In this document: in pieces, positions 27,391 to 42,892 of the stretch | Position numbering within the stretch: the stretch's first letter is position 1 | Layout of the letters: the number at the start of each line of letters is the position of its first letter | Assembly: GCA_964016885.1 (NCBI GenBank) | Contig: OZ024742.1 | Coordinates: 59,458,001 to 59,522,000, forward strand | Reading direction: 5' to 3' | Source: Eledone cirrhosa | Lineage: Eukaryota | Length of the DNA: 64,000 bases | The notes under the pieces: model-generated | Told to the model about the DNA's origin: nothing | What the model saw: only the letters and a program-made list of their open reading frames with translations | Databases searched by the model: none | Position numbers and translations under genes: made by a program

Positions 27391-30300
27391 ATGGCTGTGC
27401 TAAGAGTAGGGTGTCTAAATGCGCGTGGCCTGGGCTCATCTCGGAAGCAAGCAATGCTTCTAAATGACCTCAGGTCACGATCTATAAATGTGATGGTTAT
27501 CTGCGAGGCCCGGATCAGCAGCATGCGACAGCTAGCCCCCACCTTTGATGACTTTGAGATGCACGCATCTCTCTGTTACACCGGAGGTGGGGGTGGGGTT
27601 GTCGTTCTGCTGTAAAAACATCTGGGTCTTGCCACACAGATAGTTCACTTGGACCCAGGGGGTCGACTGGTGGTGCTGGACCTTGGCAGTGGTGAAGGTG
27701 GAGCCTTTAGGCTGATAGCCGCATATGCCCCTTTTGGGATAGAGCGGCCCGACTTTTTCCAGCGTCTGGAGTCTTTTCTAGGGACGTCCCATTCCCTGCT
27801 TTTAGTGGGGGACTGGAATGGTATCCTGGATGCACGTTGGGACTATGCAGGGGCATGTCCCGATAGAGAGGGGTGCAACAGCCTCAAGGGGTTACTCGGC
27901 CGATTTGACCTGGCCGATAGATTTCGACTAGATTTTCCGACGGTGCCAACCTGGTCTTGGTCAAATCGCAGCGGATCATCTAGGTCGTACCTAGATAGGT
28001 TTTTAGTTAGAAATAAGGACAGGGACTTTTTAAGTTGTCCAGAAATGCTCATGGTTGGCTATTCAGACCACAAGTTGGTGACCTGCATGGTCAACCTTGA
28101 TAGAACGCATAGACAGGGCCCCGGTTACTGAAAGCTCAACTTGTCCTTGCCGGCAAGTAGAGCTTACAGGGATCGGATTAGTACGTTAGTTAAGGAACGG
28201 TTGACTGGAGCGATCGTCAACAGCAGGTGGTGGGTATCTCTAAAGAGAGAGATTAGAGTAGTCTCGATAGAATTTAGTAAGGTTCTAGCTGTGGATAGGA
28301 ATAGGAAGGAAAGGGAGTTAATAGATAGAGTAGAAGAGGCAATTAGAAGCGGCGACGTGGCCAGAGTGCTAGCGTCGAGAACGGCTTTGAGCCAGTTTTT
28401 CGACGCGAAGCACGAAGGCTGCGTTGTCCGAAGTAAAATACGTGCTCTAGGGAACGAGGGGACCAAAGCTGTTAGCTGGGCCCGCGTGACAGAGGCCAAG
28501 AGTGGAACTAAATCCACCATCCGGTCTTTGCGAGACCAGGATGGACGGGCGATCCTTGAGCCTAAGCAGATGTGTGAGGCCTTTCAAAGGCACTTTGCCC
28601 GACTGTTCGGGAGGGGCGGGGAGCCAGTTGGGGATGTGGACTTCGGTCCATACCTCGACGGCCTGCCGCGTCTCTCGGACAGGGAGGCGAAGTCCTGCGA
28701 GGAGCCGATTTCGGCCGCTGAGATAGAGGACGTGCTGAGCCAATGCGGCAAACGCAAATCCCCGGGTCTCAATGGTCTTCCATACGAATTATATCTAGCT
28801 ATGCCGGACTTGTTCCCCGATCTCCTCGAGGCGGTCTACTGCAACTGGCAACAGAACGGGAGAATTCCCTGTACTGTGACAAAGGGCGTAGTCACGCTAG
28901 TGAGGAAGGACGAGAACAAGGGGGACGAAATAAGTAACTTCAGGCCCATAACTCTGCTAAATACAGAGTTACAGATTTTGGCCAAGGTGCTAGCAAAGAG
29001 GTTGGCGCTTGTCGTGGGAAACCTGGTGGGAGATGCGCAGACATGTGCTATCCCGTCCAGGTCCATCCATGACAACCTCCACCTCATGCGATACATCATA
29101 GAGAGGGTTGGGAACGAACCCGGCTTTGGTGGGGCTCTGATCAACTTGGATCAATCTAAGGCGTTCGATAGAGTCGACCATGGTTACCTGGATGCGGTGC
29201 TAGCGGCGGCAGGCTTCGGACCCGTTTTCAGGGGCTGGATCACTGCTATGCACAGCAGCAGCATCTGCTCTAGGGTCAAGGTGAACGGCTACCTCTCGGA
29301 GCCGTTCAAAATCGCGCGGTCCATCCGACAAGGGTGCCCTCTCTCCTCCCTTCTGTATGTGTTGACTCTCGAGCCACTGCTGCGGAAGTTGGGATTGTTG
29401 CAGGGCATCCCTTTGGAACCGGGATTGCGGAAAGCGGTGTCGGCCTACGCCGATGACGTGACAGTAATAGTGTCGACGGCCTCCGAAATCGGGGCGATCG
29501 GCACCTTACTGGAGGAGTACAAAAGGTTCACAGGGGCTAAGCTGAACCGGGACAAGTCGATCGGTTTGCAACTCGGCACGTGGAGGGGCAGATCGATGCC
29601 CTCCGGTGGCGTTGTCTGACGCTGGACGGAGAGCCCGGTGAAGTTGCTCGGGGTCTGGTTCAGACCAGACCTCCAGGTGGAGAAGAACTGGGCGGAGGTC
29701 ACGAACAGGGTGTTTGCACTGACCCAGAAGTGGGCCAGTTGCAAACTATCCCTGAAAGGTCGGGCGGAGGTGGCGAACACCTATATAGCGTCCGTCATCT
29801 ACTATCGCCTGACCGTAGTGCCTTGCTCAAGGGAAACCCTCGCCAAGATGGAGTGCGCGCTCTTCCAATTCCTTTGGAAGAGGCAGGCTCCCTTGGTGAG
29901 GAGATCCATCTGCTGTCAACACCCTTCGAAAGGAGGGCTGGGGATGCCGTGGCTAATGATGCGTAAACACGCATTAAGGCTACGGCACCTCCACGTATTC
30001 CTCACCGGTCAACCGGTGTGGGCCTCGTTTGTGAGACGAACCTTTCCCAGACTCGTCTCACTCACCGAGCTGCAATCCTGGGTCAAGCAAAGACCGAGAA
30101 AACTGGGCGCCTGGCACACTGAGCCCTCTGGCAGGCGGATCCGCTTATCAGTGGAGACTCCACCGCAACATTCTATAGAGGTCTGGTACGCAGCAGGTGT
30201 GACGACGCCCTGGAGAAGCCCTAGACATGGAGGAAGACGAACTGGCCAGCCTGTTCGGTAGGACATTCAGCCCTGGACCTATGGACAACTTCCAGAAGTC

Positions 30301-30808
30301 CCTGGCCTGGCAGTGCTACCGAGGGGTTCTACCCGTTCGAGAAAAGCTCTACAGACACGGGCGCCCGGGTAGGGACCCCGCCAAAAAGATCTGTCCCAGA
30401 TGCGTGTGCGACGAGGAAACCGTTGCACACGCATTGGTACACTGCTCGGGCGTAGCCGATCTGTGGGGCTATGTCGAACAACTGCTGTCAAGGGTGGGAC
30501 CGATCCGGTTGACCACCGAGTCTATTGTAATGATCAAGCCGCCTCCCCCCTTCAAAGATGAAGGAGAGGCGGTGTTTCTGTGCGTAATAGCCATGGTGAA
30601 AGAGGTTGTATGGTGGACGCGTCTGAAAGGACTGAGGTCAGGCACCTTTCTCTCTAGCCAACAACTGCTCCGTTTCTTCCGATATCATTTCGGAAGAAGG
30701 ATCAGGATGGAGAGAGAGGTGCTCCACCCCAGTCGTTTTTATGAAAGGTGGGTGAAAGTGGCGAGAATGGCCCGTGTGAATAGGCCTTTACTCTACATCA
30801 GCCTGTAG
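27391..30808 (+). pseudogene. Tx1 copy A ORF2 (APE endonuclease, RT, C-terminal CCHC); few lesions
   Basis: MAVLRVGCLNARGL, GDWN, SYLDRF, SDHK, FRPITLLN, LDQSKAFDRVDH, RQGCPLS, YADD, CPRC...HALVHC; stops at 27613, 28129 and 29617, frameshift at ~30120-30230. Confidence 0.95.
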
Positions 30809-31078
30809 GTGGAAAAGAGGAAGGAACGAGGGAGCAGCCCCTCTCTGTGCTTTTGAGGAGAAGGGTTGCACACTTTTTCGGAGGTGTGTGCGACCCCCCA
30901 AGGCGCCTCCTCCCTATTGAGGATTTTGTTATTCAATTTATTTTTGTTATATTTTATATTTTTATATTTTTATATTTTGTTATTGCCTCCTCCTTAGTGA
31001 GGACGCTATTTTATGTAAACTCCCCCCATTGTACTTGTCCCACTCTTTGACGCCCTGGTGGCAAATAAAAAGAAAGTT

Positions 31079-31280
<202 letters not shown>

Positions 31281-31643
31281 TCTTCTCTCTTTTCTCTCTC
31301 TCTTTTTCCCCCCGTCAAACTTGGGCGAAATTCTTTCCTTGCTCACATTTCAACCAGGTTTGAAGGTCTTTTGTCTCTTGTTCACGATTTCACCGAGTTT
31401 ATATTCATAGAGATCTGGGACTTGTCTATTTCTTCTCACTTTCCGTTGCATAAACTTTTTTGTTTGTTACCCTGGCGTCCCCTTTGTTTACGTGTCCCAA
31501 CGACTTTTTTTAGCCGTTGTTCGCACCAACCTGAGGCATATGGCCCTTAAAGCGATGAAATGCCTGGGACGGTTGGAGGGTCACTGATGAAGGACCTACT
31601 TTTTCACATGCCCCACCATTTGCAACGGGCAGCCTATTATTTT

Positions 31644-31703
<60 letters not shown>

Positions 31704-31819
31704 GAAAAAGCAAAGGAAAAAAGAGTGATCTATGTATGGAACAGAGCTATTTAATTAGAAAGGAACAACACAAAATATAACTACTCCATTACCAAAGATT
31801 TCTGGATCCAAGACAAAAT

Positions 31820-32000
31820 AATTGTTTCTATTTTAGGCACAAGGCCAGCAATTAACCAGTACATTACTGGTACTTTATTTTATCTACCCCGTAAGGATGA
31901 AAGTCAAAGTTAACCTCGGCGGGATTTGAACTTAGATCATAAAGGGACGTAATTCTATGCTTCAAAGCATGGTGTCCGACTCTCTACGGATACTGCCAAT
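31820..32000 (-). mobile_element. Main-family SINE
   Basis: Reverse-complement family core and tail. Confidence 0.9.
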
Positions 32001-32135
32001 CAAAATAATATACACACATAATGTGAAACATTTGTTCTCGGTATGGTAAACTAACTGTTGTGGAACTACTTCTACTAAACTCGTCCCATGGACTGAGTGC
32101 TCTACTACTACGGATATAACCCTCCAGTGTTCTAC

Positions 32136-33450
<1,315 letters not shown>

Positions 33451-33480
33451 ACTCATAATATTATATTATTATATTATTAG

Positions 33481-33672
33481 AGGGTGGTGCATTGGCAGTA
33501 TTGGTAGAGGGTCGGACGCCATGCTTTGACGCATAGAGTTACGGCCCTTGCCATTCTGAGTTCAAATCCCGCCGAGGTTAACTTTTCCTTTCATCCTTAC
33601 GGGGTCGATAAAATGAAGTACCAGTAATGCACTGAGTAATTGCTGGCCTTGTGCCAAAAATAGAAACAATTA
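33481..33672 (+). mobile_element. Main-family SINE
   Basis: Full head, core and tail; flanked by tattatta. Confidence 0.92.
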
Positions 33673-33899
33673 TATTATTATAAAATCAAATCAAATTGTT
33701 TAGGACTACAAGTGAAGTCATTCTTTTCCTTTTTATATAAAGTAAACTACACATTCCTTCTATATATATATATATAAAGTAAACTACACATTCCTATATA
33801 TATTGGGAAAAGAAGACGAAAATTCAATTGGTGTCTTTAAGAAAGTATTTATATTATTATTCGGCCGCTTTTATTCGCTCTATTCGCGATCGTATACTT

Positions 33900-35790
33900 T
33901 CGGTCTTTCCAGAAGATTCATGGCCATAGCTAATGGTTGGCAGGAATACCGAATTGAAGATAGCGAGTTTGTCCTTTACACCTACCTACCTACTTCTCAT
34001 GGCCAAATGCATTACTGCAGTTCCTGCATTTCCTGCGCTTAATTCAGCCACCTGGCTTCCGTTACACTTGCACCTCTTCCCCTGCTTCTATGGAACACCA
34101 TTCACGCGTAGAACGTAGTGCGTAGGCTTCCTTAAGAGGAGAGGTTTATTAGTCTCCGTGGCACTGAGGTTTTTGCCAAGCAACACTCGGCAGCTGACCT
34201 ATCGTTTGCATATCGGTGATCAATGTTTGAAGAGATAAGTAGTACCGTGTCGTCTGCAAATCGAGCCGAATGATCCTACACCCACCAATCTCGATAACAC
34301 TTGCAATCCGGCTGTGGAAGTCAATCGTGTCCATCAAAATTATGAACGGGAGAAGTGAGAGCACGCACTCTTGGTGGAGTACGACACCCGCATTGAATGT
34401 TTTTTGCTTAGTACCATTTATCCGAACATAGACAGTAGAATATTCATTTAACGACATCAGAGAAAGAAGACGCTGTTTATTGATCCCATACTTCTGCAGA
34501 ACCTTCCACAACAAGTCTACGAAACAAGATCTCCACACTGATCTTCAGCTTGATTGTACTCGATAATATCCCTACATCTGTTGCCAGAAACTTAGCATAG
34601 ACTTTACCGGTCAGGCTTAACAAGAAGATCGCTCAATAGTTGGAGAAATCTCTCTTCCACCATTTTTGAAAATTGGGATTATCACTCCCAATTTCCATTG
34701 CTTAGGCGCCTTTCCAGAGATCCAGGCCACCGTTAGGTTAGCAATTGCTCCCAGCTGCACCTCTTGTGCTTAAGAAGATATTGTTATGACTGGGTTTAAG
34801 AGATCAGCAATGTATTCTCTCTGAAGATACGGAAACCTCAGACGAGTTCCTGATAGCAGCCATGGGAGGAGAAATTCTTATTACAAAGGCTGTAGATGGT
34901 CTGCCAGAACAGTTTATTTGCTGATCTGAAGTCGGATTTCAGCTTTCCCCCAAAGTCCTACCATGTCTTAACTATTGCCGTCTTTATTGTCTCTGTTGTG
35001 AATGATCGTGCCTGCTTGTACCGCAAGTGCAAAAAAGGGTTATTTCCAAACCAGGCTTAGTAAGCCTCCTCCTTTGCTCGGATGGCATCTTTAACTTCTT
35101 GATTGTACGAAGGGGTCGTCATGCCTCCCGGCGTTACACCAATAGTTTTCTGTTAACCTAACCGTCAAGAGACAAATCCTCCCTTCCAATTGGATCAATT
35201 TTATAACACATTCTGATAGTCGGGGGCTTGTGAATACCCCCACACCCGCCTGTGCAGTCTTTTCTAGCGCCACACCTGAATGGTGGATTTTCCACCCTCC
35301 ATCCAAGTCCACAGTACAAGAGCTACGGAACGTTGTTGAGGAAACCTCGACTATATCTAGCCGGTATCATCTGGTTCTTGCTCATTGCCTATAAAGGGTG
35401 TAACTTTCAAGTTTTGTTTCTCTCTGGACCCTCTCTGGAGTATCGGGATACGTAAAAGCTGTTCTTCCATCCCACTCCTACTAGGCCAGTTCGGAGGTCA
35501 ATCTCCACAACTTCCAGCGTGTGTGAACATTGCAATGTATGTTCGAACCGGCCTCTTTACCTAAGCCTGGCCGTGTCCATTGTTATCCCGCGAGAAGGAC
35601 GATGCGGTATGGATTTACTTTTCCCGACCATATTGCAGTAAGTTAGAGGTCTCATTCACACCAATCACCAATTTCATACTTTTCCCATATCCTCGAAAAC
35701 TATGCATGTTTAGAATCGGCCTTTACTCGCCTCGTCCTGCCACATTACTGAGTTGCGAGAGTTTTCTTGGGAGCTATCAGTATCATCCAT
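33900..35790 (-). mobile_element. Highly degenerate RTE-type LINE (APE and RT remnants)
   Basis: GWKIHHSGV..AQAGVGVF.SPRL (APE); LWKVLQKYGI..VRING..F..GV.LHQECVLS.L.F (RT); shares DNA motif gaataccgaattgaagatagcgagtttg with 40595. Confidence 0.75.
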
Positions 35791-35889
35791 TGCTTCCTCT
35801 CACCTAGTAGTTTATTCCACCCTGACGAATAAACAATCCCGAAACAACACACATAGACAGACATATATATATATATGTGTGTGTGTGTA

Positions 35890-35991
<102 letters not shown>

Positions 35992-36959
35992 CCGCATAGT
36001 TTGCGTCTATTAATTTCACAATGCATTAGTTGCTCTGAGCCCCAACTCGAAACAAACACACAGCTATCCCCGTGACTGGATTCCCAGTTTCTCAGTTCTT
36101 ATTCCGCTGGGATTTATCGTAGATGAAACTTGCAGATGAAGTGAAATGGGAATGCTTTAATCGAATTAACACATCCCTCCCTACTATATGTGACCTTGCT
36201 TCGATACGACAAATCGATATTTACATGAAGACTAAATTATACGCTTATTTCTGATAACAGACAATGTAAATAAATTGAACAATAATCGTAAAAGTGGTAC
36301 AAGTTTTATTCAGTGTCGTTTGGAAACAGCTGAATTCAAGTTGAATAATTAATATTATCCATTCTATCTAAATATGTCCATTGTTTGGTGAACGAAGCAG
36401 AATAAATGATGATATAATTAAATATTTCTTTTTAGTTTATTTTATATATTTCTATTCCTCGGTTATCATTCAAATGCAGATTAGATAACAGTGTGTGTCA
36501 GGAATTCAATAGAATTACACTATCCAGACATGTTAGTCAACGACCAGAAGAAGATCAGCCCTCAAATTATTAGATCTGCTTAAACAACATAGTAATAAGC
36601 AGAGAAATGGTTTCATGGTTCATATCATCTTGTAGAGTTAGTAAAACTTGCTAGAGCGACACGTCGGGGGATTACAGATACAATTGATATATGTTTGTAC
36701 ATTTCGATCTCTTACAAATCTATCGCAATAGATAAATCATCATATTTTAGTTATTTATTATTTAAATAAAGAATACCATTTAGAAAAAATATGCCAACTG
36801 AAATGACAGTTGTATTAAATGATAGTTTAAATGACGCGTTTCCGTCGCTTTCAACGCATCTTCTTCGCTTTCAACGCCTTTCAACTCGCTAACCTCTGCT
36901 AGCTGTCAGTTGGGATCACGAAGGGACTTGCGTCTGGGGATCTGAGAAACTCCCTTGAG

Positions 36960-37207
36960 GTCAGAGGGTAAATGCCATTGATGTTCTACTGCAATTGTTA
37001 GAAAGATATGAACTGGGGTGAGTTCTAGAGGGTGAACATTCCGATCAGAGAGAACTGAACAAAATAGTCAATGCAGGGTGTGGAGAGTTTGAGGGGAAAC
37101 AATATGGAAACAATAAAATGATAGGAAAATAAAGCGAGAATATTTGAATGGCATGAGAACAGCTAACTCCGAGGAGCAGAGAGCATTGAAGTTGATGTAG
37201 AAAGCGA

Positions 37208-37286
<79 letters not shown>

Positions 37287-37560
37287 TGTGGCAGCAGCAT
37301 ATCTGTAGGTAAGAAAATATAGTGTGTCTATGAGTAGCTTATGCAAATTAATCAAATTGCTTTTCACTGTGCAGTAGCAGGTATACTGCTCCAGATGTTG
37401 GAGGAGTACTCCATTACTTAGAAATCTGTCTTAGGTTTCGTAAATAAGTCTGCTTCTAAGTCTCGGTAATTTGTTAGTGATTCTAATTGTAGACATTCAG
37501 CTTGCCCATGTTCGACCAAGGCCATTCCTTACTGATCAGACCTATGATCAAAGGCATTGT
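36960..37560 (-). mobile_element. CR1/Jockey-group LINE 3' remnant interrupted by (AG)n
   Basis: Minus strand MEYSSNIW and FYINFNALCSSELA.L.P resemble post-RT motifs. Confidence 0.5.
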
Positions 37561-38635
37561 ATTTTCCATAGCAGTTTTACTAAAACAATGAAGTTACCCA
37601 TCACCAGCACCACCTCAAAAACATAATATAAAAATGACATGAACAAAATTTTAAATGAAATATATTGTAAGTGTGGAACACGATAATCGAAACTACAGAG
37701 AGAAATATTTATAGCAACATTGAAAGCTAACACAGGTCATTACTATATAGAATGAAACAATCAATAACTCATCTTTTAAAGTTGACGTGATGTATATTGA
37801 GTTAAGTACATGAAGTAGCAGGTAGAATAAATTTACATTTCATAGCACGTTGTTCTTTCACTTTCGTTTTGTCCACAAGCTAGAATGCTAATCGCCATTA
37901 ACAACCTCCTTTGTATCTGCGCTAATGTTCGGAGGTTCCTCAATTTAGAAAGGTGAAGATTAAACAAAGCGCAGCTATATTTATATATTGGTTGGCAATA
38001 TCGGTTAGGAATACCGAGTGCGGCGACAATTTAAAGCAAATATTTCCCGTTTGTACTTTTGTAAAACGAGCGGAAACATTTTGGTTTCTAAACTTGCAAG
38101 CCATATTGGATAGTTTGACTTAGGCAACTGGCAACTTGTTACAACACAGGAAAAATGTGCTAAGAAATTTCTTTCAGAAAAACATTTCCTGTTCTTTCTT
38201 TTATACGAGCACACGCACAGATATATAAATACACAAACAAATAGACTCACACGTAAACACACATAAACACACAGAAATACTTATATATACTTATACACAC
38301 GCACAGATATATAAATGCACATACAAATAGACTCACACGTAAACACACACATAAACACACAGAAATACTTACATATACTTATTCACAAACACAGACACAC
38401 ACATTCTCACTCACAGACACACAACGTAACATACAGGAATAGGATATATCTATATTCTGACCGGAATTGAACGTTGCTATGTAATACTTTTTCCTCTACC
38501 CGGAAGAACAGAATCAGAGATTGTTTGGATTAGTAAATAGTAAATGTATAGAATAATTTTTCTGTGCCGGTCATATCATTTATGTTTATCGTCATACCTC
38601 CATCTTGTTTTCCTAAAGTATTCAATACATATAAT

Positions 38636-38828
38636 AATTGTTTCTACTTTTCGCACAAGGCCAGCAATTATCCCAGTGTATTACTGGTACTTTATTTTAT
38701 CGACCCCGTAAGGATGAAAGGCAAAGTTAACCTCGGCGGGATTTGAACTCAGACCATAAAGAGCCGTAACTCTTTGCTACAAAGCATGGCGTCCGACCCT
38801 CTACTGATACTGCCAATCCACCGCCCTA
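38636..38828 (-). mobile_element. Main-family SINE
   Basis: Full reverse-complement copy. Confidence 0.92.
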
Positions 38829-40066
38829 ATACATTCAATACATATAATAATGTCTGTATAACCTGTGACCTCACAAGGCATGCATGTATTAACTGGAGGT
38901 GATAGTAAAATATCATGGAGTACAATTGAAACCGAAACCTTGTGTTTGTGAGGCAAGCTCCTTAACCAGAGTGTCATGCCTGCGCCTAAGTATCGCATTA
39001 ATGCTAACTCTATATTTCATATAATATTACACATGGAATTGTAATTTTTGACTATTATTCAAACATTTTAGATGGGAAATGATATCTTTCAAATATCGAT
39101 TGAAATACATTGAAATAAGTTGAAAAGATGAGTTTAAGAAATAAATGAACATTTCAGCTCATTACTATACACCAGGGGGACATATAATTCAGAATGGTTT
39201 AATTCATGCATAATTAACATTCCTAATGAAAGGCTGTGAATTGATAAAAAAACTGTGTTCCCTCTCTCTATGTTCTGAGTTCAAATCCCTCCGAGTTCAA
39301 ATTTGCCCTTAAACCTTTCCTTTCAGATCGATGATTTGACCTCGTGCCGGGCAGTGGGTTTGTAGAATTTTTAAAGAGTTTAGTATAATTCGTCCTGTTA
39401 TCTTTTTCGGAAGTCTGCGTTTTCAAGTCATGTTCATCGTCTCTGGTTGGGGCTAATTTCTATTTACCAGTGCGTTTCCTTTGGACAACGTCGGTGTCAT
39501 GGATCGGAGAGATGGGCATTGATGGGTGACTGTTGGTTTTTCCCCAACACACACAAAAAAAACATTGCCTAGTCATGCAGACATCAAATTTACATTAGTG
39601 CTCTGTAACGGTACTTCTGTTGCATTTAATTTGGAATAGAAGATATACTCATTTGCTCTAATTCTTGAATAAACTATCTTTATGTAATCGCCCCCTTCCA
39701 CACATAGATATGTGTTGTTTAGTCAAAGAGAAAGGGCCTTGATCCTAGACTTTGTGAAACGATCATGTCTGGCGTGGTACAAAACAACAACCGCATCAAC
39801 TATAATTGAGATCCTCAGTCTGGAGTAAAGTGAAGTAAATTGCTTTACTCAAGGATATAAAGCACCTTCCGGTTTGGGAACGGGACTCACAACTTAATGT
39901 TCGTAAAGCCAATACACAAGATTCTAGGTTACTCACTCTTCACATTTTGTATATACATCCGACCATTATACGAAATTCTTTACAATTCACATATTTTCCA
40001 CATAGTATTTGATTTGCATAGAAAAATTGTAAAACATTATATTTAATTATTCGTGCCACCAACATT

Positions 40067-41070
40067 TCTTCTTCTTCTTCTTCTTCTTCTTCTTCTTCTT
40101 CTTCTTCTTCTTCTTCTTCTTCTTCTTCTTCTTCTTCTTCTTCTTCTTCTTCTTTACCCACTTATTCCTAAGAGGGTTATGGAGCTGAGTCCTAAAACAC
40201 TCCTCCTTCCAGCGGGTCCTGTCAGAAGTAACCATCTCCAACTGATCCGGCTGGATCTCCAAGCGAAACCAGCCGTGCTCATTGATGTTATGCAAACATC
40301 TTGCTCGGGGTCTACTCTTAGGTCTTCTGCCGGTTGTTTTTGCCCATAAAATCTGCCCAGCGATTCTTTCTTGAGACATTCTAACCACATACCCTTAGTA
40401 TCTGAGCTGTGATCTCTCAATTCGGAGAAGTTGCAGCTCTACATGGAGTGACTCTCTGATCTCCAGCCTATGCACTCTATCCAGTACGTTACTTCAAAGA
40501 TCCTTCAGAAGAACCCCGTCTCAGCTGGTTGTATTCGCGATAGTATTCTTTCGGGCATTATCCAAGATTCGTGACCATAGTTGAGTGTTGGCACGAATAC
40601 CGAATTGAAGATAGCGAGTTTGACTTTTACCCCTGCCCCCTTCTCCTGATTACTGAATGCAGAGTCTGCCGCATTACTGCACCAGTTCCTGCAATTTTTG
40701 TACTTAACTCAGCCTCCTGCATTTCATCACTCGTGAGCACGGCTCCAAGATACTTGAACGTCTCCACCTACTTCAGTAGAACTCCATTCACATGTTGACT
40801 GTATTGCGAAGACTTTCTTGAGAAGACGAGTGTGTTGGTTTTCGCATCACTGATTGTGATTCTAGCCATGCAGCACTCGGTATCAAACGAATTAAGTGTA
40901 TGTAGGAGATCACCTGTCGAGTTAAGTAACATCATCCCGTCTGTAAATTCTAACCGACGGATTCTACACATGCCAGTCGTGATATCACTTCAAATAATAA
41001 ATAGGAGAGGTGACAGTATGTATCCTTGGCGGAGTGTGACCTCAGCCTCCGAGAGATTAGTCATCGCTCC
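40067..41070 (-). mobile_element. RTE-type LINE 3' part with (AAG)n tail
   Basis: LRQGYILSPLLF, MVRMSQERIAGQIL....GRRPKSRPR.R..W; (TTC)n at 40067-40153 lies directly at the 3' end. Confidence 0.8.
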
Positions 41071-42092
41071 CAAATGCACCTCGTGCTTTTGTGATCGGAT
41101 TTTGGAATGTATATTGCAGACAATTACCGAGTGAAAAATTATCCCATTTCTCATAGTTACTATAATATATTTTATTTGCTTATAAATATTCTTGTTTAAC
41201 TGATATGCTTATTATTAAATTCAATTATTAAACGACAATATATCGAGAAGATTTATAAAACTGAATTCATTGCGATACGAAATATTTGTGAAAATAGCAA
41301 CTTTTGTTCTTTGTGTGTAGTGTTCGCCCTTTTCTCTGGATAATCATTTTAGTTATATTAGGATATCCTATATTCATTCTTTCTCATCCAACTTCCTACA
41401 ACTTTCTAAGATCAAGTGTGTTTAATAGTTTATTGTAATAAAATGTGCCAACTTATAAAGGATTCTGCTGTTACTATAGAACGTGGATTGAACATAGCTG
41501 TTGAATTGATGGATGCCAGGCAAAATGTCTACATAAATTTCTTTCTCAATTTATAAGCTTCATGTATGTGAATTAGCAGAGAGACACTTACACTGCCACT
41601 GAAGACCGGACATAGTGTAATGGAAATTTGTTGCGATGTCATGGCATGATTCGTGTATAGTTAACTGTAATAGATTGCATCTCAAGATGAATCATATAGA
41701 CTGCTGAGATTCTCAATCATTATAATTTCTTGCCGCCACACTGGAGATCATATCAAATGGAACACTGACGTAATTTGTACAGAGATTTTTGGAGGAAAAG
41801 GAAAGGTTTTATAAAGTTAAAATCTTGTTTTAAACTTTATAGAAAATTAGAGGAATTTTCTTGACGGAAGTGAGGGATAAAGGAATAGTTTTATTCAAAC
41901 ACATACAAATGTGAGCAAAAACCAAGGGAGCAATTGCACACTTGGATGAGCAGCATATGTAATTTGTGCCTTGCTGCAAAGAGATGCCGAAATGGTGCCC
42001 CGGAATGTAACCAGCGATATATGCTGCATCAGCTATTCCATTTAATGGGGCTACTTCCCCTAAGAACCTATCGCTTATTTTTTTTTATATTA

Positions 42093-42892
42093 ATAACGCA
42101 TTAAAGCCCGGCGTTGCTCGGGGTCATTAAGTTACCAAAGTTAGGTTGCACCACCCATTTTATGGCAGCACTTTTTTGTCTGCCAGGCACTGGGTGAATG
42201 AATTGCAGACCTGGAAGCATGAGCTGCGCCAGCAGTGACAATTGTAGTTTCGCCTATGGATATTATATTTGTGCAAAAAAGTGTTGAAATTTATTGTTTC
42301 ACAGTACTTGCGCAACACGCGCGTAGACGATGCCAGCCGAACAACAGAGCTGCGATGGAGTTGTTCTGCATGGTTGTCTGTATGTTTTCTAAATTTAAGA
42401 CAGTAGGGAGGGTTGTGATATGAGGGAGAGTTAGCTGTTGTTTCTAGCAGGTTTAGTGACCTCATAGAGGATATGTGTTTTCTAAATTTAAGACAGTAGG
42501 GAGTGGTGTGATATGGGGGAGAGTTAGCTGCTGTTTCTAGCAGGTTTAGTAACCTCATAGAGGATATGTGTTTTCTAAATTTAAGACAGTAGGGAGTGGT
42601 GTGAACGGACAGTATCACCATCAAGCTTGGAAAGAGAAAGTAGCAGAAAGTATGAAGTTGTATATATTTTGAATGGTAGTAGAAAGAGTTCAGCAGTTTA
42701 AATGAGAGAGAAAAATCGTAAAATATTGAGTTTTATCTATTTTTTGCGAGAAATTGAAAAAATTATCTGCGTCAAGACGCAATCGAAACTATTTCTAATG
42801 CTCAATTGTAAATTTCAATTGAAGAAATTCTATATCGTAGATTTCTATAACGAAGGAGCATGACCACACACTGAGCTTTATAGATTATGATA
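42093..42892 (+). mobile_element. Non-autonomous Helitron/Helentron-like element with internal 93-bp tandem repeat
   Basis: 5' subterminal hairpin aagcccggcgttgctcggg; 3' hairpin gaaattctatatcgtagatttc followed by ttatagat; 93-bp units at ~42391, 42484 and 42577. Confidence 0.6.

Noticed and set aside
31584-31600. CTGATGA hammerhead-like core
   Set aside because: No stem II/GAAA partner follows.
31300-31640. Possible LINE 3' end on the minus strand with an (AAG)n tail
   Set aside because: Protein similarity is too weak to call by eye.
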